38,511 nt of DNA, from NCBI GenBank assembly GCA_001724245.1, contig MEDX01000033.1, positions 1 to 38,511 on the forward strand. Direction: 5' to 3'. A program made the translations under genes and the position numbers. This DNA comes from Fonticula-like sp. SCN 57-25. Taxonomy: Eukaryota. Shown piece by piece: positions 1 to 10,371 of the stretch. The notes under the pieces were generated by a model. That model was not told the DNA's origin. It made no database searches and was given only the letters and a program-made list of their open reading frames with translations. Position 1 is the first letter of the stretch, and each line of letters opens with the position of its first letter.

Positions 1-1111
1 CTTCGTCTTTGCCCTCGTGTCTCTTTTTGAGCTCTACTCTCTGCAAGTCAATAAACCTCTACAACCTCAGCAAGGTGTATTACCTCCTCCCTCATCACAC
101 AATCTTCTCACCGCATTTCGGTACTCCGGCTCCTAGCCTGTAAAGTCTCGCCGCACTCGACCTGCAGGGCACCCCCCCACATTCTCAAAGCATCCTCGAG
201 AATACAGCATTTCGAGTTCCGGTATGCAGCGGTCTTTCTGTCAGGGACCACCCCTCCCTATACGTGCAGCGCCCTCCTGCAGGCACCGCACGTATAGGTC
301 TCGCGAGTGGCGTCACCCGACTCGTCTCGTCGCGAGCTCTCGAACGCACCCTGAACCATCGCTCTACGACACGTATTCGCTGAGATATGAGCACCCGCTG
401 TACGCGGTCATCAGTCGCCGTTCGGTCTACTATCGGACCAGACGACGCCCCTCCATCGAGTCAATGCCATCGCTGCTCCGACTGGTCGATCCCTTTGTAT
501 ATAAAAAGGTCTTTGCCTCGTGGCACTGTTCTTTTGTGTTGTTTCCTTTGCGGTATAAGACAAGCTCGAGCACACTGTCACACAAGCCCGGGTAGACTGT
601 TGTTCATTGTATAGTACTCTCGTTCGGACTGATTCTCTACCCACGTAAACGCAGCGTAGTCAGAAACACTTGAATTACCTCAAATCTATGCACACGATAC
701 GATAATAGGGCTTCCTGTCCCCCAAAGCAACGGCCCAGGCAAGTGGCACAAAGATATACGTATAGAAACAAAACAGCCCCATAGCCGCAAGCAGCAGTCT
801 TCCCAAGGCGGCGCTAACGGCCAGTTTTTTATGCATTGAAATGCGAGGCACCACCCCGACGAAGGAACGGGCTGCCATCCCTAGCATTTACGTTGTACGG
901 CTGGCGTATTCACAGCCAAGCAGACGGAATCGATGAGACACGAGAGCCACAGAAGCACCATGCAACCACAGATAACGTTCCCTTACAAAGCATGGTAAGC
1001 ATGGGTATTATTTTATTTTTATTAATACATCCTACAAAGACCGAGAATTGATGCACGAACATGCAGGAGCACTCGGTTGCATTAATTTTCGATAGTCACC
1101 GCAGTTAACAG

Positions 1112-2350
1112 TCATCGGCGATCCCGGTGCGACGAGCGATAACTCCGCCTCTCCCGCGAAGTTGAGCGCGAGTTGCTTCGTGACCTTCTCCTTGAACGGT
1201 ACTTATCGTCATCATCTCTCCTCCTACGGTCGCCATGACCGTCCCTCCTTCGGTCGCGGTCCCGTTCATGCGAGTCATCTTCGTATTCCCTTTTCCTCCT
1301 TCTCTCTCTTGATTCCTCGTCGTCGTTCCTAGTTTGTCTGCCCCGACGACCATCTTCTCTATCCGCGTCGTGGTCAGGCTCGTCAACTCTATCAGTGATC
1401 TTGGATGAAAGGGCTGCTTGAACCCGTTTCAGCGCATCATCAACAGGCTCCCGCCTGCCACGCAATAAAACTGGCTTTGTAATTGGATTCTTGGCAGGGT
1501 TAATGCTGCGACCGCACATGTATTAGCTAAATCAACGTAGGATCAAATCAACCACGAGAATGTCCCAACGTACTTTATTGTGCGACCTTGAATTGTACCT
1601 TTCCCACTGTACGCAAGCGCTTTCTGCAGTTGCGTTAGCAAAGGTAAGAGCAGACAAACCCAATCTACGCACGGCTGCCGTGGCGACGTCCGAAAACTCG
1701 ACAAACGCGTAGCGAAATGGCTGCGATGCGTCGCCAGAGAATTTGATGTAAACTGGAACGCCAATTTGTTGAAGGAACTCAATGACGTCGGCGTCAGTGG
1801 CTGTTGTAGGAACATTCCCAAGATGCACAGTTCGCATAATTTCGTCTATCCTCTGTTGCGGAACAGCAATTCCCGTTCGACCTGCAATGGCAGCTTGGAC
1901 CAAAGGCGTAGTCATCATCATCGGCGGTCCGACAGTCGCGGGAGGTGGTGCCAAGGGGACGGCGATCGCAGGAAGCTGAGCCACTGGAACCGCAAGAGCA
2001 GGCAGCGGAACAATAGCAGGACCCCTGTTTACAGATGCAGGGAATTCAAAGTCCGGCGGTGGCAAGTCGATCCGCAACATCCCGTCGCCAAACTCTACAT
2101 TGTCGAGAAGAAGCGCAGTGCATGCCTCTGCACTGCTCGAAAACTGCACAAAACAAAACCGCGACTCGGATCTGGAGGGCAACAGTTAGCCCGTATCGTG
2201 CGCCTCATGTTCACGACAGTTTGCGTACCCCGATCGCCAAACGACTTGAATCACTCGCCCGATCTGCTCAAACAACTGAACCAACGCAGATTCTGGCACT
2301 GCTGGCGAAATGCCCTGGACTCGTACACCGCACTTTTCGTGTCCCATCAT
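1112..2350 (-). CDS. SR-related splicing factor, SREK1/SRSF11 (Srp54)-like; two RRMs plus RS domain; 4 exons
   Basis: ATG at 2350 (MMGHEKCGVRVQGISPAV). RRM1 RNP1 is RFCFVQF; RRM2 has RTVHLGNV...RYAFVEF, followed by INPAKNPITKP and an RD/RS-rich tail (RSRRRSRSNSRSTSRERR). Three GT-AG introns restore the frame. Confidence 0.8.
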
Positions 2351-2725
2351 TGACTGCCCTTGACGTGGGGTGGCCTACTGGTGTCACCGGGAACGGCAGG
2401 TATAGTTGACAGTCACGCTCGCGTGATCGAGAGTGGTCGCACAGTCACAGATGCAGGATGCTGCGAGAGCACTCACGTGACTAACGCGATGATTGTCGAA
2501 TATGCCATAATATGGTCATAGTGTGCCATGTTAAAGTGATTTTGGTCTCCATGCCCCTGGGGGCTGCCTGGGGGTATGCATAGGAGCTTTACTTAATTGT
2601 ATGGTCAAAGGAAAGAAACGACACGTATGTATATATTAGTCCCTTCCCCAATATTACATAACGCAACAGGACTAACGCAATATAACACGACATTAATAAT
2701 AGCGTCGAAACAGGTGCGGCAATTT

Positions 2726-3048
2726 TCAGCTAAAGTCAATCATAAGAAGATCGTCTTGAGCCGAACCCGACGGTGGCGACTGCGTGTACCCGGACGGCTG
2801 CTGCGAATATTGGGCCTGCCCATCCGCAGAGTAGTTGGCCGGTGCGCCAGGTGACACATAAGGTCCGCCTGAAGGCTGGGCTTGCCCTGGAAGCAAATGC
2901 AAATCGTGTGAGCAACGGCTGACATGCATCGACATGTACGCACATCCTTCATCGTAGCGAGGTCCTCCTTGCCAGTTGCTGCCTGGTTGCTGTTGCAGGG
3001 GCGCGGTCGCGTGGCTGGGCTGAGACGAATTTACCAGAGGATAGATAC

Positions 3049-3080
<32 letters not shown>

Positions 3081-4774
3081 ACAGGCGGTGTCGACACAGG
3101 CCCATAAGATGCAAGAGGCTGTGCGTACGACGAAGTCGGCTGGACAAACGGCGCGGGACGCTGCTGCTGCTGCTGTACAGGTGCGCCATACGTACTCCCT
3201 TGCGAGTACTGACCTCCGGGCGACACCGGAGGATACGCCACGGGTTGCTGCACTTGCTGCTGCGCTGGAGCGGGATGACCGGATCCTGCCGCTGCATACG
3301 TAGTGGGCGCAGGCATGGGCTCTGCGAAGCAGTTAGAAAATACATAGATAATAGAATAGGGAGCATACTTCGAGTCAGAGCCGCTGCAAGCATTTTGTCG
3401 TAGGAGGCGCGGGCTTTAGCAAAGTCGGCATTAATAGCAACAAGCTCGTCGCGCTTCTTTTCGTATTCGCAGATGACCTCGACTAGGCGAGGCTTCAAGG
3501 CAGTGCAAGCGGCGACGAGCTCCTGAATCGTATCGTCGTCGGCAACATTGACTCGAGATGGATCCACGGAGCTCAACAGCTGATGTAGCAGTGAAATTTT
3601 GTCCGTCTGCAGCTGGGCCTCGAGGTCGGCAAGCTGCTCGCCGGCGGGAACTGCAGGCTTCTCCAGTGGTACTGGCTTCACCTCTGCTGATACAGGCGAC
3701 TGAGCAGGCGCCTCCTTCTGCAAAACGAGAAAAATAGGTCAACATCCTTATGAACACTGAGCGCAAGGGCACGAGAGAATGCGAACCACATAGTTTGCCG
3801 GAAACACGCCGACGGCACCATCAAGCCTCCCTTTCCACCAGTCTTGATGATTCTTTTCAATGACATCAATAGTGTCGCCGCGCTTAAACGCAAGCTCGCC
3901 TGCTTCACGGCCAACAAAGTCATACGCGGCCACAACACGGCAGAGCGAAGGGGCCGCCGAGGAAGGGCGCGCCACGGGGGCAGGCTCCGGCGGCTTTGTA
4001 ATCTCCTTTGTCTTCACCGCGGTCGATGCACGGGACGCGGCTGGCCGCGCTCGAGCCTCCGTCTCAGAAAGCGAGATAGCCAAAGCCAGCTGAATTTCCT
4101 CGTCTTCCTTCAGCTTGTCAGCAGCCGACTGCTTGCTCTTGGTCGCCTGGGCGTCGGCGGCCTGAGCAGGGAACGCATATCCCTTTCGACGAAGGGAATC
4201 AACTTCCTGCACAACGGCAGCAACGAGAGGCTCAAAGGTGGTCCACCCAAGAAGGACCGAGGCAATGCGCAAGCGGACGCTCTCGTTCACCCCGGGAAGC
4301 GTAAACATCCGTGACAAAACAAAAAGCAGGCCTGTAGTGGGCTGTACCACCTCTATGTGAAATTTCTCACCGCAGTTCTTGTAGCATGCGTCAATAACCT
4401 ATACGCGACATAGTCAGTACACGCGCCTTCATTATGAGCGCGTAAAAACACGTACATTAACTGCCTGCAGAACGACATTCGGGTTGCGATGCTGAAGACG
4501 GACAGCCAGACTATCCGCGCAAGCCTTGGCGCTGCTAAAGTAGTCAGAAAACTGCCGCGCCGTACAAACAGGTACGCACGTGAAAGGGGAAGTACACACG
4601 GCGTCGGTCAATGCAAATGTAGCTGCCCAATCTACCGAAGTCAAGTTCTCGTTTGTTGCCCTCTCTACACAGCTAGGATTAGATGGCAAAAAGCAAAGAC
4701 CTCCTCATACCAACTAGCTGTTCAGTGACAGTGTCTTTAGGCGGAGCTCCACCGCCTGTCAGTCGGCTAAACAT
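2726..4774 (-). CDS. HSE1: ESCRT-0 subunit STAM/Hse1-like (VHS-UIM-SH3-GAT plus P/Q-rich tail)
   Basis: ATG at 4774 (MFSRLTGG). VHS domain: ERATNENLTSVDW...NPNVVLQA...YKNCGEKFH. UIM: EDEEIQLALAISLSE. SH3: AAYDF...ELAFKRGD...WWKG...GVFPANYV. Then a helical GAT-like region and a Q/P/Y-rich tail. About 6 GT-AG introns. Confidence 0.9.
3050..3079 (-). repeat. (CAG)10 microsatellite encoding poly-Q in the Hse1 tail
   Basis: Ten perfect CTG copies on the + strand at 3050-3079. Confidence 0.95.
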
Positions 4775-4991
4775 GCCGGACGTTTTTGGTTACCTGCCGG
4801 TCGCGCGCTGGAATCCACTCCTGCGCCTGCGCACTCGTACGGAGGACAAACAGCAGCAGTTGACGTAGACAATGACGCAAACTGCAAACCACCCAAAATC
4901 TACCCCGATACCCTTCAAGATTCCTTGTCCAATCAAAGCGCGACTGTGTTTTGACGCCGCTCTGTGGAGTAACAAACAGAGGGAGAGAGCC

Positions 4992-6758
4992 ATGGCAAAA
5001 TCTGCCGTAGGTCGTCTCGCCTTGCTGCTTTTGCTGTGCAATGCTGTGCTCTCTGGCGCTCAAAAGCTTGGCTCGTATAATGTGGATCCTAGCAAGGTGA
5101 CCGTGTCGGGCTTATCAGCCGGCGCGTATATGGCTGTCCAGCTTCACGTCGCCTACTCGTCGACTTTCCATGGCGTCGCATCCATTGCCGGAGGGCCCTA
5201 CTACTGCGCCCAGGGCTCCGTCTCTAATGCACTCACCTCATGTATGAGCTCACCGAGTATGATTCGCCTTCCGAGTTTGCTGGACTATACCAGCGAGAGC
5301 GAGGCTTCAGGAGCGATTGACCCCCTCAGCAATCTTGCCGACGATCCAGTATACGTCTACTCTGGCGTGCACGATAGCACAGTGGAGCGCGGCTGCTCGG
5401 AGCTTCTCATTGAATACTACGAGTCGTTCCTGCCGTCGGAACAGATTCTGGCAGAGTTTTCGGTTGAGTCGGGGCATGCCATGATCACCGATTTTTACGG
5501 CAAAGAATGCGACACGAGTGCGACGCCGTACATCAACAACTGCGGCTACGATCAGGCTGGTGTTCTCCTTCAGCATCTCTACAATTCTTCGTTGGTAGAC
5601 CGCGTATCCTTTGTGAGCGAGAACTTGCTGCGCTTTGATCAGACCGAATTCAATGTTGGCAAGTCGATGGACAATGTAGGCTTCGTCTATGTGCCCTTCT
5701 CCTGTTCGAGCGGGAACGGCTCCCCTTGTGCACTGCACGTCGCGCTGCACGGCTGCCTGCAAAACTGGGACGAATTTTCTGTCGGCGAAAAGTATGTATC
5801 TTACTCGGGCTACAACGAGTGGGCCGAGGCCAATGGTATCATTATTTTGTATCCTCAGGCGCAGCCAAACACCATGCTCGGCAATGCAAACGCCTGCTTT
5901 GACTGGTGGGGCTACGAAGACCCCGACTACGCCGTCAAGTCCGGAGTTCAGATGGCAGGCATCAAGGCCATGGTTGACCGCATCATCGGCGACTGGAACG
6001 GCGGCGTTCCGCCACCGGGGCAAGTCACAGTGACCAATGTCTCTGACGACACGATTTCTCTTTCATGGGACCCAGTGGAGGAGGCAGAGGGCTATAGCGT
6101 GTTGCGCAACGGTGTTAGGGCGAACGTTGCCGAACTTTTCGACCCCTTTTTCACGGATGCCGGGCTGGCTTCTGGCACCCTGTACACCTACACGGTGGTC
6201 AGCATCGCTGTGGGCGGAGGAAGCAGCGTGCCATCCGAGCCCGTGTCGGCGACCACGACCGGCACGCCTCCTCCTCTTGCTCAGGTGCAAGGTCTGGCAG
6301 TGACGCGCGTGACAAGCACGCTTATTGGCATTGAGTGGCTTCCCGTGAGCGGCGCGGCTCAGTACGCGGTTCATCGCGACGGCGTCGCGGTTGCCAATGT
6401 TTCCGTCGTAACATTCGAGGACAGCGGGCTGCTCCCGGATACGGAATACACCTACGTTGTCAATGCTGTTGACTCTCTTGGCGCCGATGGGCCCCCTTCA
6501 TCTGTGCGCAATTTGTTTTTATTTGTTCTATCTAACATGAAAGCGTAGCCTCTGATCGCCGAAACAGGGCCGTCCTTCCAATGCCAAACATGGACAGACG
6601 ACAACTACTCGCACGTTGCGGAAGGCCGCGCCTACCAGGTGGCGGGTCAGGTGTACACTATTGGTGGCGAGGATTACTTGGGCCTGTGGAACGTGTTTGA
6701 CAGGTCTACCGTCTCTGAAACCTCGCAGGGTTTCTATGTCGAGGGGGATTGTGCTTAG
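4992..6758 (+). CDS. phaZ: Secreted poly(3-hydroxybutyrate) depolymerase (PhaZ-like): signal peptide, type-2 catalytic domain, 2x fibronectin III, PHB substrate-binding domain; exons 4992-6503 and 6549-6758 (573 aa)
   Basis: Signal peptide MAKSAVGRLALLLLLCNAVLSG. N-proximal lipase box GLSAG, Asp in GVHDSTV, His in SGHAMIT, oxyanion motif ALHGC, and NACFDWWGY. Two Fn3 repeats (LSWDPV...YTYTV; IEWLPV...YTYVV). A 45-nt intron GTGCGC...CTAAC...TAG at 6504-6548 leads to FQCQTWTDDNYSHVAEGRAY...LGLWNVF...GFYVEGDCA*. Confidence 0.88.
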
Positions 6759-6953
6759 TACGATACTATAGCAGCACACGATCTATCCGCTTTCTAGTTT
6801 TACCCGATCATACCCAAATCATACCAGTATAATTATCTCAATGTAGCATTCTTATCAATGTATTTGCAATCCGCAGGCCGCCCGGGACCTGTCGCTCAGC
6901 AATATAGTACAGTATAATGGTAAAACAATCCTAAATGATGACAACAAAACAAG

Positions 6954-9900
6954 CTACCAGCAGGTCATGGCGCGATTCACCTGATCACAAATGCGGGTCA
7001 TCCTCATGCGGCCCGCAGGCGTCTCATCAAGAACTCGCTGCACTCCTTCCTTGATCACACTATCCAAGAGGTGAGCAGCAAGTTTGGCATTATGTAGCGT
7101 GCTTTCGTACCGAGCATTGCCATATTCCACTTCGACCGAGGCGGTGAGACCAACCTCTTCCAAATCACGCAGATCTACACCGAACACTACCTTGAAGCGC
7201 ATTTGCTTGCGGAACGAAAAGAAAGTGACACTGACGTCCTTGGCGGCATCCAACACTGCCGCGGTGTCGTCGGCAGCCGAGGATTCCACCGCCGTTGTAA
7301 AGAAATGTGAAATGCACCGAATGTCACGACCGACTGCATCCTTCACCCCATAGTCGGCCACAGCTTTACGCAAGGAGCGTTCGTATGACGGTAGCGCCTG
7401 CGCCAGCGAATCCATCTCGGCCGAGACGCGCGCATACTCTGCCAGCTCGGCATCGATTACAGAGGCCGTTTGGCTGAGGCTATCGCGCAGAGTTGAAAGC
7501 TTGTCCGCGCGCCAGTCATACCACCGGCTGCGAGCATCAAGCTGCGCAGCATACTTGAGGTGCTTCAGCACCGCTTGGAACTCGACGCGATCTTCGTCAG
7601 TGGCATCATCAAACATGCCCAGCCAATCAGGGTGGCTCGCATCAATCTGTGATTCGAGCTCGCCTGCAGCCGTGCGCTTCAGAGAGCTCTCCTCCTCCAG
7701 TGTCTTGCAGGCCTGCACAGGAACAGATCAGACAAAATAAAGGCAACGGAATAGTCGTACGGATTCAAGAAGGTTAAGCTCGGGCGACACGACAAAGTCG
7801 ATGCGGCCAAATTCAGCCAGGGACTTTACTGGAGGCGCGGGCAAAACAGTGTCGCGGCGACGGCTGTTGGCAATACGATCGTAAAAGACGACGTTAGCGG
7901 CGGTCATAAATGACTGGACAGTTGGATCTGGCACAGCAACCGGAGTGGCAGCAGCAGTCTCAGTCTGGACCGTCGGCTCGGTCTTGGGATCGGAGAGGAC
8001 AAAGCGAGGAACAGCCGTTTCTGCAATAGCGGGGGTCTCGGCCGAATAGTACCGGCTCGACGCAGCTGGCGTGGATGGAGCCGCCAAAATAGTCGCAAAC
8101 GAGAATGACTTGCGCAGTCTGGAAGCAATAGTGCCGGTTGACTCTTTCGCAGGAGTCATGGAGATTGTGCTGGTTTTTTCCACAGCAGAGGCAACAGATT
8201 CCTGCACGTTAACCGGTGCCTGATCCAAAGCCTGCACGCTGTCCACGATGGGCTCCGGCACCTCACTGTCAACCTCCATAGCATCATCATCATGCCAACT
8301 CGGCGCCTCCGGCTCCAAATTCAAAGGCGCAACAGCGGTGAGCTCCATGTCAATAGACTCTTGAAGATGGGTGACGGGTGTTGCAATATTTTCTTCAGAC
8401 TTGAACACATTGACAGCAGTTATCGACGTCAGCTCCATATCGGCTTCTTCTTCCGGCATCGCAGGTGTCGAGTCAGGTTGCGACACAATAGAAATAGGAG
8501 CAACGGCCGTGAATTCCATGTCCGCCTCCTCATGGGCCTCCTCCTTCTCCTGAGGAGCAGCAAGACCCATCAGGGAGCTGATCGCACCAGCAGTGCTCTG
8601 GATCATCTCGGCAAGTGCGCCACCAACGGCCGTAAACTCCATGTCCGCCTCCTCTTCCTCAGTCTCCTTCTCCTCCTCTTTAGGAGCAGCAAGGCCCATA
8701 AGAGAGCTGATCGCGCCGGCAGTGCTCTGGGTCATCTCGGCAAATGCGCCGCCAACGGCCGTAAACTCCATGTCCGCCTCCTCATGGGCCTCCTCCTTCT
8801 CCTGAGGAGCAGCAAGGCCCATCAGGGAGCTGATCGCACCAGCAGTGCTCTCGGTCATCTCGGCAAGTGCGCCGCCAACGGCCGTAAACTCCATGTCCGC
8901 CTCCTCTTCCTCAGTCTCCTTCTCCTCCTCTTTAGGAGCAGCAAGGCCCATAAGAGAGCTGATCGCGCCCGCAGTGCTTTGGGTCATCTCCGCGAATGCG
9001 CCACCAGTGGCAGTAAACTCCATGTCCGCTTCCTCTTCCTCAGCCTCTTTCTCCTCCTCTTGAGGAGCAGCAAGACCCATAAGGGAGCTGATCGCACCCG
9101 CAGTGCTCTGGGTCATCTCCGCGAATGCGCCGCCAGTGGCCGTAAACTCCATATCAGCCTCTTCTTCAGCCTCCTTCTCCTCCTCTTGAGCGGCAAGGCC
9201 CATAAGGGAGCTGATTGCGCCCGCAGTGCTCTGGGTCATCTCGGCAAATGCGCCGCCAGTGGCAGTAAACTCCATGTCTTCCTCCTGTGCTTCATCGTTT
9301 TGGGCCTTGTCGCTCAACCCCAAAAGCGATGCGACAGCCGACGCTGAACCCTGAGTGATATCCTGAGAAGCTACGCTCTCCGCGGCCGTCATTTCAGGCA
9401 GCGAAGAAGATACTGCAGTCATCTCCATATCCTGCTCCTCATCGCTATCGTCCTCCAGAAGAGGTGCCTTGAGATTGAAAGTCATGGACTGCCTTGGCCG
9501 ACGATGTTGAGCAGGCTCCACCGTCTTCTTAATTTCCTCTACAGGGGCCGCCGCCAACTCGGGCTGAATAGGTGCCTCAGCCTGGGCAATAGGCTCAACA
9601 TCGGCGTGAACACCAAACGAGGTAGAGGGGGAGATCTTTCCGGTATCTTCATCTGCCTCGAAAATTAGCATCGAGTTGCGTGGCGCAAAGCTAACACGGC
9701 GAGACGCGCGGTCCGACTTGAACGCAGACTTCAATCTGCAGCACACGTAAAGGTTAGATCGCAGAAAAAGGCAGTAGAGAGTCACATACCCAACAGCCGG
9801 CTAATAGTAGTGTAAGGGGATCAGCGGAAAGGACGTAAGTTAGGATCCATTGACTGCGACAGGATCAACACGTACCGTAGAGGAGTTGGGACCCGTGAGC

Positions 9901-10080
9901 TGGGCTAGGGCGTCATTGTGAATAGTCCCTTTCAAGATCTGTTTCACAATCTCTCGTTAGCGCAAGAGGGAGTCTTGGTCAGGTTGATCGTACCGAGCGC
10001 CTCCGCTTGGCCGCGCTGCTCTTGCTCACAGAGTTTTCATCCTGAAAGATGCGCTTGGCAGCAGGCGACTGGGAAAACAT
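6954..10080 (-). CDS. SPC105: Outer kinetochore scaffold Spc105/Spc7/KNL1
   Basis: ATG at 10080. Spliced N-terminus KRRRS|ILK, then RRVSF (PP1-docking motifs). Ten MELT-like motifs (DMEMT, 7x DMEFT, 2x DMELT). Spc7-type FM..ANVVFYD...RRRDT segment, then a coiled coil with WYDWR and a C-terminal RWD-like region. Exons 9994-10080, 9876-9938, 9790-9800, then a large exon; further introns near 7714-7760 and probably 7060-7110. Confidence 0.88.
8500..9290 (-). repeat. Coding tandem repeat: six full ~123-129 nt MELT units plus a partial seventh
   Basis: Unit DMEFTA(T/V)GGA(F/L)AEMTQSTAGAISSLMGLAA(P)xEE..EA is near-identical at DNA level; a 252-nt two-unit period is visible (8593 vs 8845). Confidence 0.95.
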
Positions 10081-10277
10081 TATGTTGAACCCGCACTCTG
10101 CTTTTCTTGGGTAGAAGAAAGCAGTCAGACAGTATTAGCACTTGCACTCCTCTGTGGTGTGAAAAATCCTGCCTGCTCAACGAGAACCAACGCCGCGTCC
10201 CTCTCCGTTTTTCCCTTTTTTTTTGTGTCTCCCGCCTAAAAATGAGAGTAACGGTTTCCCACACGTCATCTACAGGC

Positions 10278-10316
10278 TTGTGACAATAATTTTGTCACAA
10301 TCTTGTGCACAAGATT
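10278..10316. promoter_or_regulatory. Overlapping palindromes in the divergent Spc105/HAL2 promoter
   Basis: TTGTGACAA-N5-TTGTCACAA (10278-10300) overlaps the perfect 18-bp palindrome AATCTTGTGCACAAGATT (10299-10316). A regulatory role is inferred only from position. Confidence 0.4.
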
Positions 10317-10371
10317 TACGGATCAAGTGTCAAGTGACCATCACAGCATCTCACGCCCTTCCTACATCAAC

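Noticed and set aside
385-420. Possible hammerhead ribozyme on the minus strand (CTGATGA followed by a CCGC-GTACA-GCGG hairpin)
   Set aside because: The required GAAA after stem II is absent (the sequence reads GTGC), and no stem I/III pairing is evident.
465-495. SRP-RNA helix-8-like CCAG...GGAGCAG on the minus strand
   Set aside because: It lacks the GNRA-capped hairpin between the two halves, and no Alu or helix-6 context is visible.
2473-2481. E-box TCACGTGAC upstream of the SR gene
   Set aside because: A single short motif, compatible with chance, with no supporting context.
4872-4991. Upstream ATG extending the depolymerase ORF to 558 aa, with the ORF-track C-terminus VRNLFLFVLSNMKA
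   Set aside because: The signal peptide begins at Met 4992; the ORF-track tail is read-through of intron 6504-6548.
8292-9347. 351-aa repetitive plus-strand ORF, and a CRISPR-like look of the repeat
   Set aside because: Antisense shadow of the KNL1 MELT array; the units are coding with no unique spacers, in a eukaryotic context with no cas genes.
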